Positions 28,641-38,317 of a stretch of DNA of 64,000 bases are shown here, in pieces. The notes below the pieces were generated by a model that saw only the letters and a program-made list of their open reading frames with translations, was not told the origin of the DNA and searched no databases. Origin of the DNA: Bacteriovoracia bacterium (GTDB taxonomy: Bacteria; Bdellovibrionota; UBA1018; CAIPTA01). The position numbers and the translations under genes are program-made. The first letter of the stretch is position 1, and each line of letters opens with the position of its first letter. The DNA lies in assembly GCA_050246755.1 (NCBI GenBank), contig JBFWVL010000001.1, forward strand, positions 1,792,001-1,856,000. Direction: 5' to 3'.

Positions 28641-29602
28641 TGAGAAAGAACGATCTCCAGGAAAGCTTTAACTTCAGCGCCCCAGGCTCGGGCGCGCTCG
28701 TGAACCCTCCCTTCGATCCGCGGGAGCTAGCGCGGCTGGCCGCGCAGGGTATCTACCTCGGCACTTGTTCCTGGAAGTACCGGGGCTGGGAGGGAATGAT
28801 CTACCAGGGAGGTTATTCTTCCGAGGCTCAGTTCCAGCGCTCCTCTCTGCGCGAATACACCTCTTCTTTTCCCACCGTGGGCGTGGATTTTACCTACTTC
28901 GCCTGGCCCATGCGCGACATGATGGCCTACCTCGTGGAGTCCACCCCCGAGAATTTTCGCCTTTGTCCAAAAGTTACGAAGCGGATCACGCTGTCGACAT
29001 TTCCAAATCTTCCGGCCTATGGAAAGTGGGCTGGGCAAGCCAATCCCGACTTCCTCAACGCCGATTTATTTCGCGAGCAGTTCTTGGCGCCGATTGCGGT
29101 GCTCAAGGATCGCATGGGCATCGTGCTCTTCGAATTTTCGGGCCCAGAAAAAACGGAGCTGAAAGCCTTCGAACAATTTTTCCGTTCCATTCCCCGCGAT
29201 TTCCCCTATGCGGTGGAGATCCGCAATCCTGAGCTCGTGACGCCGGAATTTTATTCGTTGCTGCGCTCCCTTGAGATTGCGCCGGTTTTCTCGCACTGGA
29301 CAAAAATGCCGGCCATGCAGGAACAATGGAATGCTTATATCGCATCGGGCGGCGCGGCCGACCACGGCCCCATGGTGGCCTTATCGCTGGTGACGCCCGG
29401 GCGGAGTTTCGAGGAGGCCGTGCGGCTTTTCCAGCCCTATAACGAAGTGAAGGAGCCCGGCGAGGCGGTTCGGGCTGATTTGGCCGCGATCGGATCTTTT
29501 GCGATGCGCGCGGGCCGCAAGGCCTTTATACTCGTGAGCAACCGCGTGGAAGGTTCTGCGCCTTTCACGATTGGAGCGGTAGCGGAAAAAATTAGGGGTT
29601 AG
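28640..29602 (+). CDS. DUF72-domain protein
   Basis: YLGTCSWKYRGW, LREY..FPTV, YAVEIRN, SNRVEGSAP. Confidence 0.8.
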   Translation: MRKNDLQESFNFSAPGSGALVNPPFDPRELARLAAQGIYLGTCSWKYRGWEGMIYQGGYSSEAQFQRSSLREYTSSFPTVGVDFTYFAWPMRDMMAYLVESTPENFRLCPKVTKRITLSTFPNLPAYGKWAGQANPDFLNADLFREQFLAPIAVLKDRMGIVLFEFSGPEKTELKAFEQFFRSIPRDFPYAVEIRNPELVTPEFYSLLRSLEIAPVFSHWTKMPAMQEQWNAYIASGGAADHGPMVALSLVTPGRSFEEAVRLFQPYNEVKEPGEAVRADLAAIGSFAMRAGRKAFILVSNRVEGSAPFTIGAVAEKIRG

Positions 29603-29606
29603 GTAT

Positions 29607-30146
29607 ATGTGGAAAATTTTAGGCCTGAGTCTTCTGGTTGTATTCGCGTCCTGCACGAAGAAGCCCGCCGGCACGGTGGTTTCCGGAGAGCCCTTGGTCT
29701 CGCCGGTATCGGATCCAAACCGAATTATTTTTGACGCGATGGTCACGCTCCCCGCCGAGCATAAGGGAAAATTGAAACGTACCGACGTATTGATCTGGGA
29801 TCTCAAGGACGGCAAGGGAGACGTTTTGGCTTCCCAAATCATCCCCGTGCCCAGCTTCCCTCACCACCTCACCGTGCAGGCCCGCCAGCTTCAGCGTGCC
29901 ACTCCCGAAAGCACCACCCTGCTGTTTGCCGCCCGGGTGGCTCATTTCGGCGAGGAGCGTAAACCGCCCGCCAAAGGACAGTTAAACGTGCTCGTGGGCG
30001 TGGTGCCCTCTAAAGACGAAGTGCAAAATCCCAATGTGGACCAGAAGCGTTTTGCGAAATGGGCGAAAAAAAATAACGTGGTGGAAGAAAAAGTACTGAA
30101 GATCGGCTCGAAGGTAGAGGCCTCGTTGACTCCTAGCCTATGGTAA
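29607..30146 (+). CDS. Hypothetical lipoprotein (CcmI/CycH C-terminal-like Ig fold possible)
   Basis: Lipobox FASC; ..LASQIIPVPSFP..AARV..GQL pattern. Confidence 0.6.
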   Translation: MWKILGLSLLVVFASCTKKPAGTVVSGEPLVSPVSDPNRIIFDAMVTLPAEHKGKLKRTDVLIWDLKDGKGDVLASQIIPVPSFPHHLTVQARQLQRATPESTTLLFAARVAHFGEERKPPAKGQLNVLVGVVPSKDEVQNPNVDQKRFAKWAKKNNVVEEKVLKIGSKVEASLTPSLW

Positions 30147-30201
30147 ACACAGGCTTTTCTTCGCCCTTGTGCGATCCCAAACTTTCCGCTAATCATGGGG
30201 C

Positions 30202-30471
30202 ATGGCCTGGCACAAGAGTCTCACTCGCCTTCTTCATTCTCTGCAGCATGGTCCTGCCCAGCGCGTAGTATTTTACTATCCTGGCGAAGAACCGACCTTC
30301 GTGGAAGACGCCCACGTTACGGTTTTCCGTAACGGCATGGTGGAAGTGAAGCACCGGCACGAACATGTTTCTACCCATATTCAGAATGTAGAGATTTTGT
30401 GGACGAGCGCTCCGGATCAAAAGTCTCCGGGACGCGCCTTCACCCTGATCAAATCGGATATCTCTAAGTAG
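30202..30471 (+). CDS. Small hypothetical protein
   Basis: 89-aa ORF filling the gap; TTGTGC-N17-TAATCA 6 nt upstream. Confidence 0.55.
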   Translation: MAWHKSLTRLLHSLQHGPAQRVVFYYPGEEPTFVEDAHVTVFRNGMVEVKHRHEHVSTHIQNVEILWTSAPDQKSPGRAFTLIKSDISK

Positions 30472-30942
30472 CTAGCTATTCCAGGCCCGCGGCCTGCCGT
30501 TCTCATCCACCGACACAAATACCAATTCGCAGCGGCAGATCTCGGATTCCGCTTTTACGGCATAGTTATTCAGTGGCGACTTGGCTTGCGCCGGATCGTC
30601 CGCGAAAGACCTCCGCGCCACGAGCGTGCTCACGGTGAGCGAGGTGGTTCCCGCCCGCGAAACCTTACACCAGATCTCGAGCATATCGCCGAGCTTGGCG
30701 GGCTGATTGAAAACCAGTTCAGAGATTTTCGCCGTCACCACGCGGCGGGCGTCCATCTGGCAACTGGCGAAAATCGCGGTGCCTTCGTCGATCCAGGCCA
30801 CGAGCTTACCTCCGAATATAGTTCCGGCGGCGTTCAGGTCTTCGTACATCACTATTCTTCGGTAGGAGCGGAAGTATCCGAGCTTTTCGGGGTCGACGGT
30901 ATTGGGTTTGCCGGTTCCGGCTTTTTTACTGGGTTTTGCCAT
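30472..30942 (-). CDS. Hotdog-fold acyl-CoA thioesterase
   Basis: EDLNAAGTIFGGKLVAWIDE, VVT, GTTSL, LVFVSVDENGRP. Confidence 0.85.
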   Translation of the reverse strand: MAKPSKKAGTGKPNTVDPEKLGYFRSYRRIVMYEDLNAAGTIFGGKLVAWIDEGTAIFASCQMDARRVVTAKISELVFNQPAKLGDMLEIWCKVSRAGTTSLTVSTLVARRSFADDPAQAKSPLNNYAVKAESEICRCELVFVSVDENGRPRAWNS

Positions 30943-32699
30943 TGGAATGCGAGCTCCTGTACGCTTTCAATCGTAGCATCATTTCCGAGCAGCTTGTACC
31001 AGGCAAAATTCCTTAGGATCGAGCCCACGTATTTCCGCGTTTCGGTGAAAGGGATCGAGTCGATGAAGGTATCGATGTCGAAGGTGGCTTTCATCGAAGT
31101 GGATTCTAGCATTAGCCTTTGCCATTGCTGCGCCCGGCTTGGACCGGCATTGTAGCCGGCGAGCGCGAGGGCGATATTTCCCTGAAAGCGATCGATAAGC
31201 TTTTTAAGGTACTGCGCTCCGAGCATGGAATTCACCGCGGGATCGAAGAGCTCCGCCCGCTTGAGGTCGGATTTCATTTCCTGGCCGGTGGAAGGCAATA
31301 GTTGCATGAGGCCGAGCGCATCGGCGCGGGAAAGTGCGTTGGGGATGAAAGCCGATTCCTGCTTCGTAACGGAATAGAGGAGGGCGGGGTGCAATCCGGT
31401 AACCAAGGAGGCCGCCGCGAATTCCGCGGTAAAATTCTGGGGGAAAATAAGCGCCAAGGCATCGTGCCCAAATAAATCCTTATTGAAGGAGATAGCGCTG
31501 TAGGCGTGGGAGAAAGCGGCGAGCGGATAGCCGGCCTCGGTAAAGAGCTTGGCCACCATCAGCGCGCCGAGGCTGTCTTCCTGACCAAACGTGGAGCCGG
31601 ATGGGCGATACAGGAAGAAAAATTTCGCTTCTTCACGGGCCTGCTCGATTAGCCCGGCTTCCATCAAGCCGCGTAGTTTCCACAGCGAAGCGGCCTGGCG
31701 GGTAAGCAGGGCGCCGGTGAGGCGGGGTGCGGGCGCGTTTTCGGCCTTAGGCGGAATCAATAAGGTGCGGGGGTCTTTTTTTAGGCGGAGCGCGCTCTGA
31801 AGGCCGTAGTAGGAAAGGGGGGAGTCGGCGAGGATTTGCTCGTAGCGCGCTTTGGCGGCTTCACCATTGCCGATTTTTTCGTCGGTGCGGGCGGTCCAGT
31901 AGTTGGCCGAATCCAGCCGCTCCGATTGGGGGAAATCTGCCGCGAGCTTCTTGAAGAGGTTGTTCGCGTCGAGCCATTTTTCCTTCAGTACCGCTTGCAT
32001 GCCCTGATCGAAAAGATCGGCATCGGGGTAAACGGCCTTCACGCCGGCCTGATTAGGGTTCTTGGCGCGGTAGCGCGCGAGGTTGGCGTATTCGGCTAAT
32101 TTCGCGTCGGGAATTTCCGCGGCGATTTTTTTTCGCAAATTGGTTCCCGCCGGTAGAGCCTGGATGATTTCCGCCACGAAGGGGCCGAGCAGGGGATCTT
32201 TGGCCGCGGAAAATATTTTATAGAGCTCTTCGGCCTGTTCGCCGCGTTTGCTCCACTCTTTCCAGGGCGTTTTATTCAGGCAGCGCTGCAACAGCAGAAC
32301 TTTTTTGCCTTTTGCCTTCTGCCCCTTTGCCATTGGCTCATCACAGTCGTTCTCGCGAATAAGATCGGGAACGCGATCGAGGTAAACCGAGCCGGGGAAC
32401 TCCAGGTAGAGGCGCTGGGCTTGGGCGGTGCTTTTCGCGAATTCTTTGTGGTCGCGGTAGGCGAGGGCAAGCTCGAATGTGGCGTGCTCGGCGTATTCCC
32501 CATGTTCGGCGAGGGGAACGAGGCCCGCTATTTTATTCTTCGCGTGGAGAGCATGGCGAAACGCCCGCGCCGGCTTCAGGTAGTTTTTCTCGAATCCCGC
32601 GGGAGGAGGGCCAAGAAAATCTTGTAGATCCCGGGGCAGGTTCGAAGAAGGCGCGGCAAGAGCTACCGAAGTAGCGAGGAATATCCAGGCAATCAACAT
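30852..32699 (-). CDS. Soluble lytic transglycosylase (Slt70-like, with TPR region)
   Basis: Signal peptide; QESAF, ALGLMQL, GYNAGP, IPFTETRKYV. Confidence 0.9.
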   Translation of the reverse strand: MLIAWIFLATSVALAAPSSNLPRDLQDFLGPPPAGFEKNYLKPARAFRHALHAKNKIAGLVPLAEHGEYAEHATFELALAYRDHKEFAKSTAQAQRLYLEFPGSVYLDRVPDLIRENDCDEPMAKGQKAKGKKVLLLQRCLNKTPWKEWSKRGEQAEELYKIFSAAKDPLLGPFVAEIIQALPAGTNLRKKIAAEIPDAKLAEYANLARYRAKNPNQAGVKAVYPDADLFDQGMQAVLKEKWLDANNLFKKLAADFPQSERLDSANYWTARTDEKIGNGEAAKARYEQILADSPLSYYGLQSALRLKKDPRTLLIPPKAENAPAPRLTGALLTRQAASLWKLRGLMEAGLIEQAREEAKFFFLYRPSGSTFGQEDSLGALMVAKLFTEAGYPLAAFSHAYSAISFNKDLFGHDALALIFPQNFTAEFAAASLVTGLHPALLYSVTKQESAFIPNALSRADALGLMQLLPSTGQEMKSDLKRAELFDPAVNSMLGAQYLKKLIDRFQGNIALALAGYNAGPSRAQQWQRLMLESTSMKATFDIDTFIDSIPFTETRKYVGSILRNFAWYKLLGNDATIESVQELAFQWQNPVKKPEPANPIPSTPKSSDTSAPTEE

Positions 32700-32704
32700 G
32701 ACTC

Positions 32705-33271
32705 CTACTTTAGCGGAAGTTCGCGGCTAAGTTCTTGGAGTGCCGTGAGAACTTCGGTGGCGAGCGCTTGCTCTTCGCCCACCAGCGAGCGCTGCAGGCG
32801 CTCTAGTTTAGGCACCACGGAATGGATACGTTCGAAATCGCGGCGGCGGCGGATGAAAATGGCGTCCGTCATGGCATTGAAACCATCGGCAAGCTCCTGA
32901 AAATTATCGTTGGTGCGGAAGCTCACGTGGCGGTCAAGTACGCCTTGTTGCATGGCCACCATCGACATCCGCAATTTATAAATCGGGCCGGCGATACGGT
33001 GCGAATGGAAGAGCGCGAGCAGAAAGGCGGTCATGATAGTTACGATGGCCACCACGATGAAGAAGATCGTAACGTCGTAGCGCGCTTCGCGCAGCGCTTG
33101 CAGGGCGGCGCCATTTTTGGCGAAGAAGCTTTGGTTCTCCATCGAATCGAACATCGTGTACACGAAGATCGGAAAAATCGAGGAGAAGGCCACCACGGCG
33201 GCGGTGAATAAAAAGGCAAAACGCACTTGGAAGGCGGGATGGATGAGGAGGTGCTTCCGGAGGTTCGTCAT
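32705..33271 (-). CDS. Two-TM HAMP-domain membrane protein
   Basis: Two TM helices; SHRIAGPIYKL..RTNDNFQELADGFN. Confidence 0.75.
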   Translation of the reverse strand: MTNLRKHLLIHPAFQVRFAFLFTAAVVAFSSIFPIFVYTMFDSMENQSFFAKNGAALQALREARYDVTIFFIVVAIVTIMTAFLLALFHSHRIAGPIYKLRMSMVAMQQGVLDRHVSFRTNDNFQELADGFNAMTDAIFIRRRRDFERIHSVVPKLERLQRSLVGEEQALATEVLTALQELSRELPLK

Positions 33272-33320
33272 TGGCCTTTATTTTCCAGGAGATGAAGCAA
33301 AAAGTCTATTTTAACAGGGC

Positions 33321-34409
33321 CTAAGGCACCAAGTTACGCACAAATTCTGAAGCGGAAAAGGCGCGGAGATCTTCCGCGGTTTCTCCCATGCCCACGAAGG
33401 CCACCGGGAGGCCGAGATCCGCGCTCACGGCAAATGCCGCGCCGCCCTTGGCCGATCCATCCAGTTTCGTGAGCACCACGCCCGTGGCGGGCACGGCCGC
33501 ATTGAATTCTTTTGCCTGCGCCAGCGCGTTTTGCCCGAGCGTGGCATCGAGCACGAGCAGCACTTGGTGAGGAGCATCCGGAATTTTCTTTTGGATCACA
33601 CGCACTACTTTGCGCAGCTCTTCCATCAAATTCTCCTTCGTGTGCAGGCGCCCGGCCGTGTCGATGATTAGCTCATCGGCATCACGGGCAATGGCGGCGG
33701 CTACCGCATCGAAAGCTACGGCCGCGGGGTTCGCTCCCTGTGCGGGCACGATGCATTCCACCCCGATCCGATCGGCCCAGGTTTGTAGCTGCTCCACGGC
33801 GGCTGCGCGGAAGGTGTCGGCTGCGGCGAGCATAACTTTTTTCCCCGAAGCCTTGGCCTGGGAGGCGAGCTTGCCGGCCGTGGTGGTTTTTCCCGCACCA
33901 TTCACGCCGATGAGCAGCGTAACGAAGGGCTTCGCTTGCGGCCGCACGCGTTCCGGAACTGCCGCGAATACCGCGCCCATTTTGTCGCGTAGTTTCGTGC
34001 GTAGGCTGTCGGAATCGGGCTTCTCCTGAAAATCTTTTTTTAACGCTTCGAGCAGCCGCTCGGTCATCGAAGGGCCGAGATCTGCGGCCAATAAGGTTTC
34101 TTCGATTTTCTCCCAAAGCGGGTGGGAGGAATTCCAGGGTTGGGCGGAGCTAAGCTCCACGAACGCCTCTTTGAGGCGCGAGAGCAGTGGCTCCCGGCTC
34201 TTTTTCAACGCGAGTTCCCAGGGGGCGGGAGTAGCAACGGGAGCTTTTAAGGGGAAATCTTCGGAATCGGTGCGATTTCCAACCTCGCGTACACTAGGGC
34301 GTAAGCTACCGAGATTCTTGCGTTTTTGCCTGCGGGCCCAAAGGAGCGCCGCGGCAATAACAAAAAGTCCAATAATTCCAATAACTAAGACCAGCATTTC
34401 CGGGCGCAT
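33321..34409 (-). CDS. ftsY: SRP receptor FtsY with N-terminal TM anchor
   Basis: [32 protein letters not shown]. Confidence 0.95.
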   Translation of the reverse strand: MRPEMLVLVIGIIGLFVIAAALLWARRQKRKNLGSLRPSVREVGNRTDSEDFPLKAPVATPAPWELALKKSREPLLSRLKEAFVELSSAQPWNSSHPLWEKIEETLLAADLGPSMTERLLEALKKDFQEKPDSDSLRTKLRDKMGAVFAAVPERVRPQAKPFVTLLIGVNGAGKTTTAGKLASQAKASGKKVMLAAADTFRAAAVEQLQTWADRIGVECIVPAQGANPAAVAFDAVAAAIARDADELIIDTAGRLHTKENLMEELRKVVRVIQKKIPDAPHQVLLVLDATLGQNALAQAKEFNAAVPATGVVLTKLDGSAKGGAAFAVSADLGLPVAFVGMGETAEDLRAFSASEFVRNLVP

Positions 34410-34462
34410 ATTTCCCTCACTCGGTTGACTTTACCTACCGGCGGCGATAGCTCAACACATCC

Positions 34463-35185
34463 ATGAAACTTTCTCGTCTCTTACCTATCGTGCTTCCCCT
34501 CGCGGCTCTCTTGAGTCTGGGCGCTTTAGGCTTTTCGGAAGGCGATAGCACTCAGGCCACACTGTATTATTCGAAGCCGGAGTATCGTCCAGTTCTAGAG
34601 GAATGGAAGAAGGTAGGTCAAGCTCCGGGAGCAATTGCCCTCCTTACTTTCGGGGATCCTCGCTCTATCTGGAAGCAGAGCCTTACCATCGGCCAGATGA
34701 TCGAATGGCGCGCCGACCCACAGGTTTGGTCTAAAGATCAGATCCGCGATCTTTCGCAATTCATCCTGCTGAAAAGCCAGCAATACAATATTTCTCCCGT
34801 GCTCGTGGTTTCCCTCATCGAAGTGGAAAGCCAATTTCAAGCTGGGGCCCTTTCTCCGCGCGGGGCGATGGGCCTGATGCAGGTGATGCCATCCACCGCC
34901 GCCTTCCTCGCGAGCGGCGATCCGGGCGATCTCAATGATCCAAAAGTGAATATAGAATACGGCCTGCGCTACGTGAAAAAACTCAGTTCGCGCTTTCAGA
35001 AACCCGAACACGTGATTACCGCTTATAATATCGGCCCTGCCGCCCTCGCGAGAAAACTAAAAAAAGGCGAGGTAGTTTCCCTCCGCTATTACCAAAAAGT
35101 AATGGAAGCCATGCAGAACTACAAAAAACTCCCCACGGCTAACCGTAAACCGCCAGCTGCCAACGGACTTCGCTCATGGCTGTAG
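34463..35185 (+). CDS. Lytic transglycosylase (SLT domain)
   Basis: IEVESQF, GAMGLMQV, AYNIGP; TTGACT-N17-TAGCTC upstream. Confidence 0.85.
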   Translation: MKLSRLLPIVLPLAALLSLGALGFSEGDSTQATLYYSKPEYRPVLEEWKKVGQAPGAIALLTFGDPRSIWKQSLTIGQMIEWRADPQVWSKDQIRDLSQFILLKSQQYNISPVLVVSLIEVESQFQAGALSPRGAMGLMQVMPSTAAFLASGDPGDLNDPKVNIEYGLRYVKKLSSRFQKPEHVITAYNIGPAALARKLKKGEVVSLRYYQKVMEAMQNYKKLPTANRKPPAANGLRSWL

Positions 35186-35868
35186 TCCTTCTCTCCGGCG
35201 GCCTCGATTCCGCGCTTAACCTTGCTCTCGCCGCCAAAGCCGGCCGCGCCTCGCTCGCGCTCACCATGCGCTACGGCCAGCGCGCCGAACCCGCCGAAGT
35301 GCGTGCGGCCCATGCTCTGGCGCGCCATTACGGAGTGCGCTGGGAAAGCGTGGACCTCGGCTGGCTCGGCGACGTAAACCCCACGCGCCTCACGCGGCCC
35401 GATACCGAGCTTCCTCAGCCCACCACCGCCGATCTTGATTCGAAGGAAAAATCCACGGCGAGCATGCAAGCCGTGTGGGTGGCGAACCGCAACGGGTTGT
35501 TCCTGAACGTGGCGGCGGCTTACGCGGAAGCTCTGAAGGAAAACGAAATCCTCGTGGGCTTCAATGCCGAGGAAGCCGTTACCTTCCCCGATAATTCACC
35601 GGCCTTTATTTCGGCCATCGACAAAGCTTTCACCTTTTCCACGCTAAACAAGGTGACCGTGCATTCCTATACCCTCGATTGGGAAAAGCCGCGCATCATG
35701 CGCGAGGCGCTCGAGACACAGCTCCCCCTCGATCTCGTATGGAGCTGTTACGAAGCCGGCCCCGGCCGCTGCTGGAAATGCGAAAGCTGCAAGCGCTCGG
35801 AACGCGCGCTCCTCTCGGCCGGTAACGCCGGAAAATCTTGGCTCGAAAAGTTAGGCTGGAAAGCATGA
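35176..35868 (+). CDS. queC: 7-cyano-7-deazaguanine synthase
   Basis: VLLSGGLDS, YGQR, VANRN, FPDNS, WSCY..CWKCESC. Confidence 0.9.
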   Translation: MAVVLLSGGLDSALNLALAAKAGRASLALTMRYGQRAEPAEVRAAHALARHYGVRWESVDLGWLGDVNPTRLTRPDTELPQPTTADLDSKEKSTASMQAVWVANRNGLFLNVAAAYAEALKENEILVGFNAEEAVTFPDNSPAFISAIDKAFTFSTLNKVTVHSYTLDWEKPRIMREALETQLPLDLVWSCYEAGPGRCWKCESCKRSERALLSAGNAGKSWLEKLGWKA

Positions 35869-36449
35869 GTCTTTTGCATACCGAATTTCTGCCCGAACAA
35901 ATTCCTTATACGGGAGCGGAGCTTGCGCCTCACTGGATCTCGGCTCGCACCGAAATTTTCTCGAGCGCCGTGGTGGCCTTTCGCGGCCCCTGCATGGTGG
36001 CCACGGCGGAGCTCGTGGACCTCGAAGACCAGCGCGAAGGCGAAACGATTCAAGCCAAAGAGATGCTGCATTTCCTCGGCGAGTGGTTCGAGAACGATTT
36101 GAATTTGGGCATCGCGCGCCAATTGCTCTTCATCGCGGGTTTTGCCGAATTGCTGAATCAGCGCATCACCGGCGGCCAGCGCGTGGTGCGCCGCGGGAAT
36201 GATCTCTACGTGGAAGATTCCTCCGCCGGGATTGTGGGTAAGCTCTCGGTTTCGATCGTTACCGCTAGCCCTGTTTCCACGCTCTTCCACTTCGGCGTGA
36301 ATATTGATCCCTCGGGCGCGCCGGTGAATGCCATCGGCCTCGCCGCCCTCGATATCGATCCCGATACATTGGCCCGCGATACCCTCGAGCTTTGGGGCCG
36401 CGAGTGGACGGGGATGGCGAAGGCGCGTTGTAAGGTGATGGCGCGCTAG
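35865..36449 (+). CDS. DUF366-family protein (biotin/lipoate ligase-like fold)
   Basis: YTGAELAPHW, VAFRG, LVDLED, MLHF, RQ, GNDLYV..KLSVSI, HFGVNI; ATGA-coupled to queC. Confidence 0.75.
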   Translation: MSLLHTEFLPEQIPYTGAELAPHWISARTEIFSSAVVAFRGPCMVATAELVDLEDQREGETIQAKEMLHFLGEWFENDLNLGIARQLLFIAGFAELLNQRITGGQRVVRRGNDLYVEDSSAGIVGKLSVSIVTASPVSTLFHFGVNIDPSGAPVNAIGLAALDIDPDTLARDTLELWGREWTGMAKARCKVMAR

Positions 36450-36512
36450 TTTGACGCGCCTTTCTCGCACTCTTCACGTGAAGAGTTGCCCGGCATTTGC
36501 TAAAACCTAGCC

Positions 36513-37640
36513 ATGTCCATCGTCGCACTCAAGCCCAAACTCCCCGAAGTAGCCGATTTTATCCGCGCCTGCGCCACCTACCAGCCGGGGAAACCCATCG
36601 AAGAGCTCGAACGCGAGCTCGGCATCAAAGACATCATCAAGCTCGCCTCGAACGAAAACCCGCTCGGCCCTTCGCCGAAAGCGCTCAAAGCGATCGAAGC
36701 CGCCATGGGCTCGGTGCACCTCTATCCCGATGCCTCCCACTTCCGTCTTCGCGAAGCGCTCGCCGCCAAGCTCGGCACCGATATCGAAGAAATCTACGTG
36801 GGCAACGGCTCGGAAGAAATTTTTTCCACGCTGATTCGCGCCTATTGCCGGCAGGGCGACAATAACGTGGGTTGCGGCGCCGCCTTTCTAGCCTACCGCG
36901 TGTGCAGCCAGGTGCACGGAGTGGAGTGGAGAGAGCCTACTCTCGACGAAAATACCGAGCGGGAACTCACCGCGATTTTGAATCTCGTGAGCGAGCGCAC
37001 TCGCATCGTATTCTTGCCCAACCCGAATAATCCCACCGGCACCTACGTGAAGCGCGCGGTATTGAAAGCCGTGCTCGACGAATTGAAGAAGCGCGAAGTG
37101 ATCGTGCTCCTCGACTACGCCTACAAAGAATACGCCACCGCCCAAGATCTGCCCGGCGCGATGGAATTCTACAAAGATTATCCGAACCTCATTGTTACCG
37201 GAACCTTCTCAAAAATTTATGGTCTCGGCGGGATGCGCTTAGGCTACGCGGCCGCACATCCTGATTTGCTCCTCCCGATGCGCAAAGTGAAAATGCCCTT
37301 CAACGTATCGAGCCTCAGCTTGGCCGCCGGCCTCGCGGCGCTAGAGGACCACGATCACGTGCGGCGTTCCCTCGAAGTGAACGCGGCCGGCCTCGATTTC
37401 CTCGCCAAAGAATTCCGGCGCATGGGCCTCGATTTCTGGCCGAGCCAGGGAAATTTCTACCTCGTGAAAGTTCCCAAAGACGCCAAGCTCATCTACGAGG
37501 CGATGTTGCGCAAAGGCGTGATCATCCGCCCGGTTACTCCTTACGGATTAAAAGATTGCCTACGCGTGACGATCGGCACCGAGCCGGAGAACCGCCGCAT
37601 GATCCAGTCCTTCGAAAAAACGCTGAGCGAGCTGAAATGA
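36513..37640 (+). CDS. hisC: Histidinol-phosphate aminotransferase
   Basis: YQPGKP, KLASNENPLGP, GNGSEE, NPNNPTG, TFSKIYGLGGMRLGY. Confidence 0.9.
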   Translation: MSIVALKPKLPEVADFIRACATYQPGKPIEELERELGIKDIIKLASNENPLGPSPKALKAIEAAMGSVHLYPDASHFRLREALAAKLGTDIEEIYVGNGSEEIFSTLIRAYCRQGDNNVGCGAAFLAYRVCSQVHGVEWREPTLDENTERELTAILNLVSERTRIVFLPNPNNPTGTYVKRAVLKAVLDELKKREVIVLLDYAYKEYATAQDLPGAMEFYKDYPNLIVTGTFSKIYGLGGMRLGYAAAHPDLLLPMRKVKMPFNVSSLSLAAGLAALEDHDHVRRSLEVNAAGLDFLAKEFRRMGLDFWPSQGNFYLVKVPKDAKLIYEAMLRKGVIIRPVTPYGLKDCLRVTIGTEPENRRMIQSFEKTLSELK

Positions 37641-38317
37641 GAACCCGCGAGCCAGTGGTCGCGATCGACGGCCCCGCGGGCAGCGGGAAGAGTACCATCG
37701 CGAAGATGATCGCGGCCCGCTTGCATTTCACCCATATCAATACCGGCGCGCTTTACCGCGGCGTGGCCCTGCTCGCGCTCGAGAAGGGGGCCAACCTCGA
37801 TAGCGAATCGGAGGTGGTGATTGCCGCTAAGAGCGCCACCTTCGAGTTTCGCGCATCCACCGCCGGAAATGTTTTGCACATCGATGATCGCGACGTTGGC
37901 AGCGAAATTCGTAGCGAGGAGGTCGGGTTAGCGGCCTCGAAGGTTTCGGCTTATCCTGGCGTGCGTAAAATTCTGCTCGGACTGCAGCGTGATCTGGGGG
38001 CGCAGGGCGGGGTGGTGCTTGAGGGCCGCGATATCGGTACCGTGGTTTTTCCCGAGGCCGAGGTGAAAATTTTTCTGACCGCTTCGATCGAAGCTAGAGC
38101 CGAAAGGCGGACCAAAGAGCTTATGGCCAAAGGGGAACAGGTAGACCTCGAGAAAATCAAAGCCGAAATGGCCCTCCGCGATAAACAGGACTCCACCCGG
38201 GCGGTAGCCCCCCTAAAAAAAGCCGACGATGCCCACCTTGTGGATACGAGCAACATGTCTATCGAAACCGTATTGGATCGATTAGAATCGATAGTACGGA
38301 ATGGCAAAAAACCCTGA
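37637..38317 (+). CDS. cmk: Cytidylate kinase
   Basis: AIDGPAGSGKST, TGALYR, EGRDIGTVVFP, RDKQDSTRAVAPL. Confidence 0.95.
   Translation: MRTREPVVAIDGPAGSGKSTIAKMIAARLHFTHINTGALYRGVALLALEKGANLDSESEVVIAAKSATFEFRASTAGNVLHIDDRDVGSEIRSEEVGLAASKVSAYPGVRKILLGLQRDLGAQGGVVLEGRDIGTVVFPEAEVKIFLTASIEARAERRTKELMAKGEQVDLEKIKAEMALRDKQDSTRAVAPLKKADDAHLVDTSNMSIETVLDRLESIVRNGKKP

Noticed and set aside
34463-36449. queC as part of a Dpd or Qat anti-phage system
   Set aside because: No dpdA/tgt-like, TatD or ATPase partners; the context is housekeeping.
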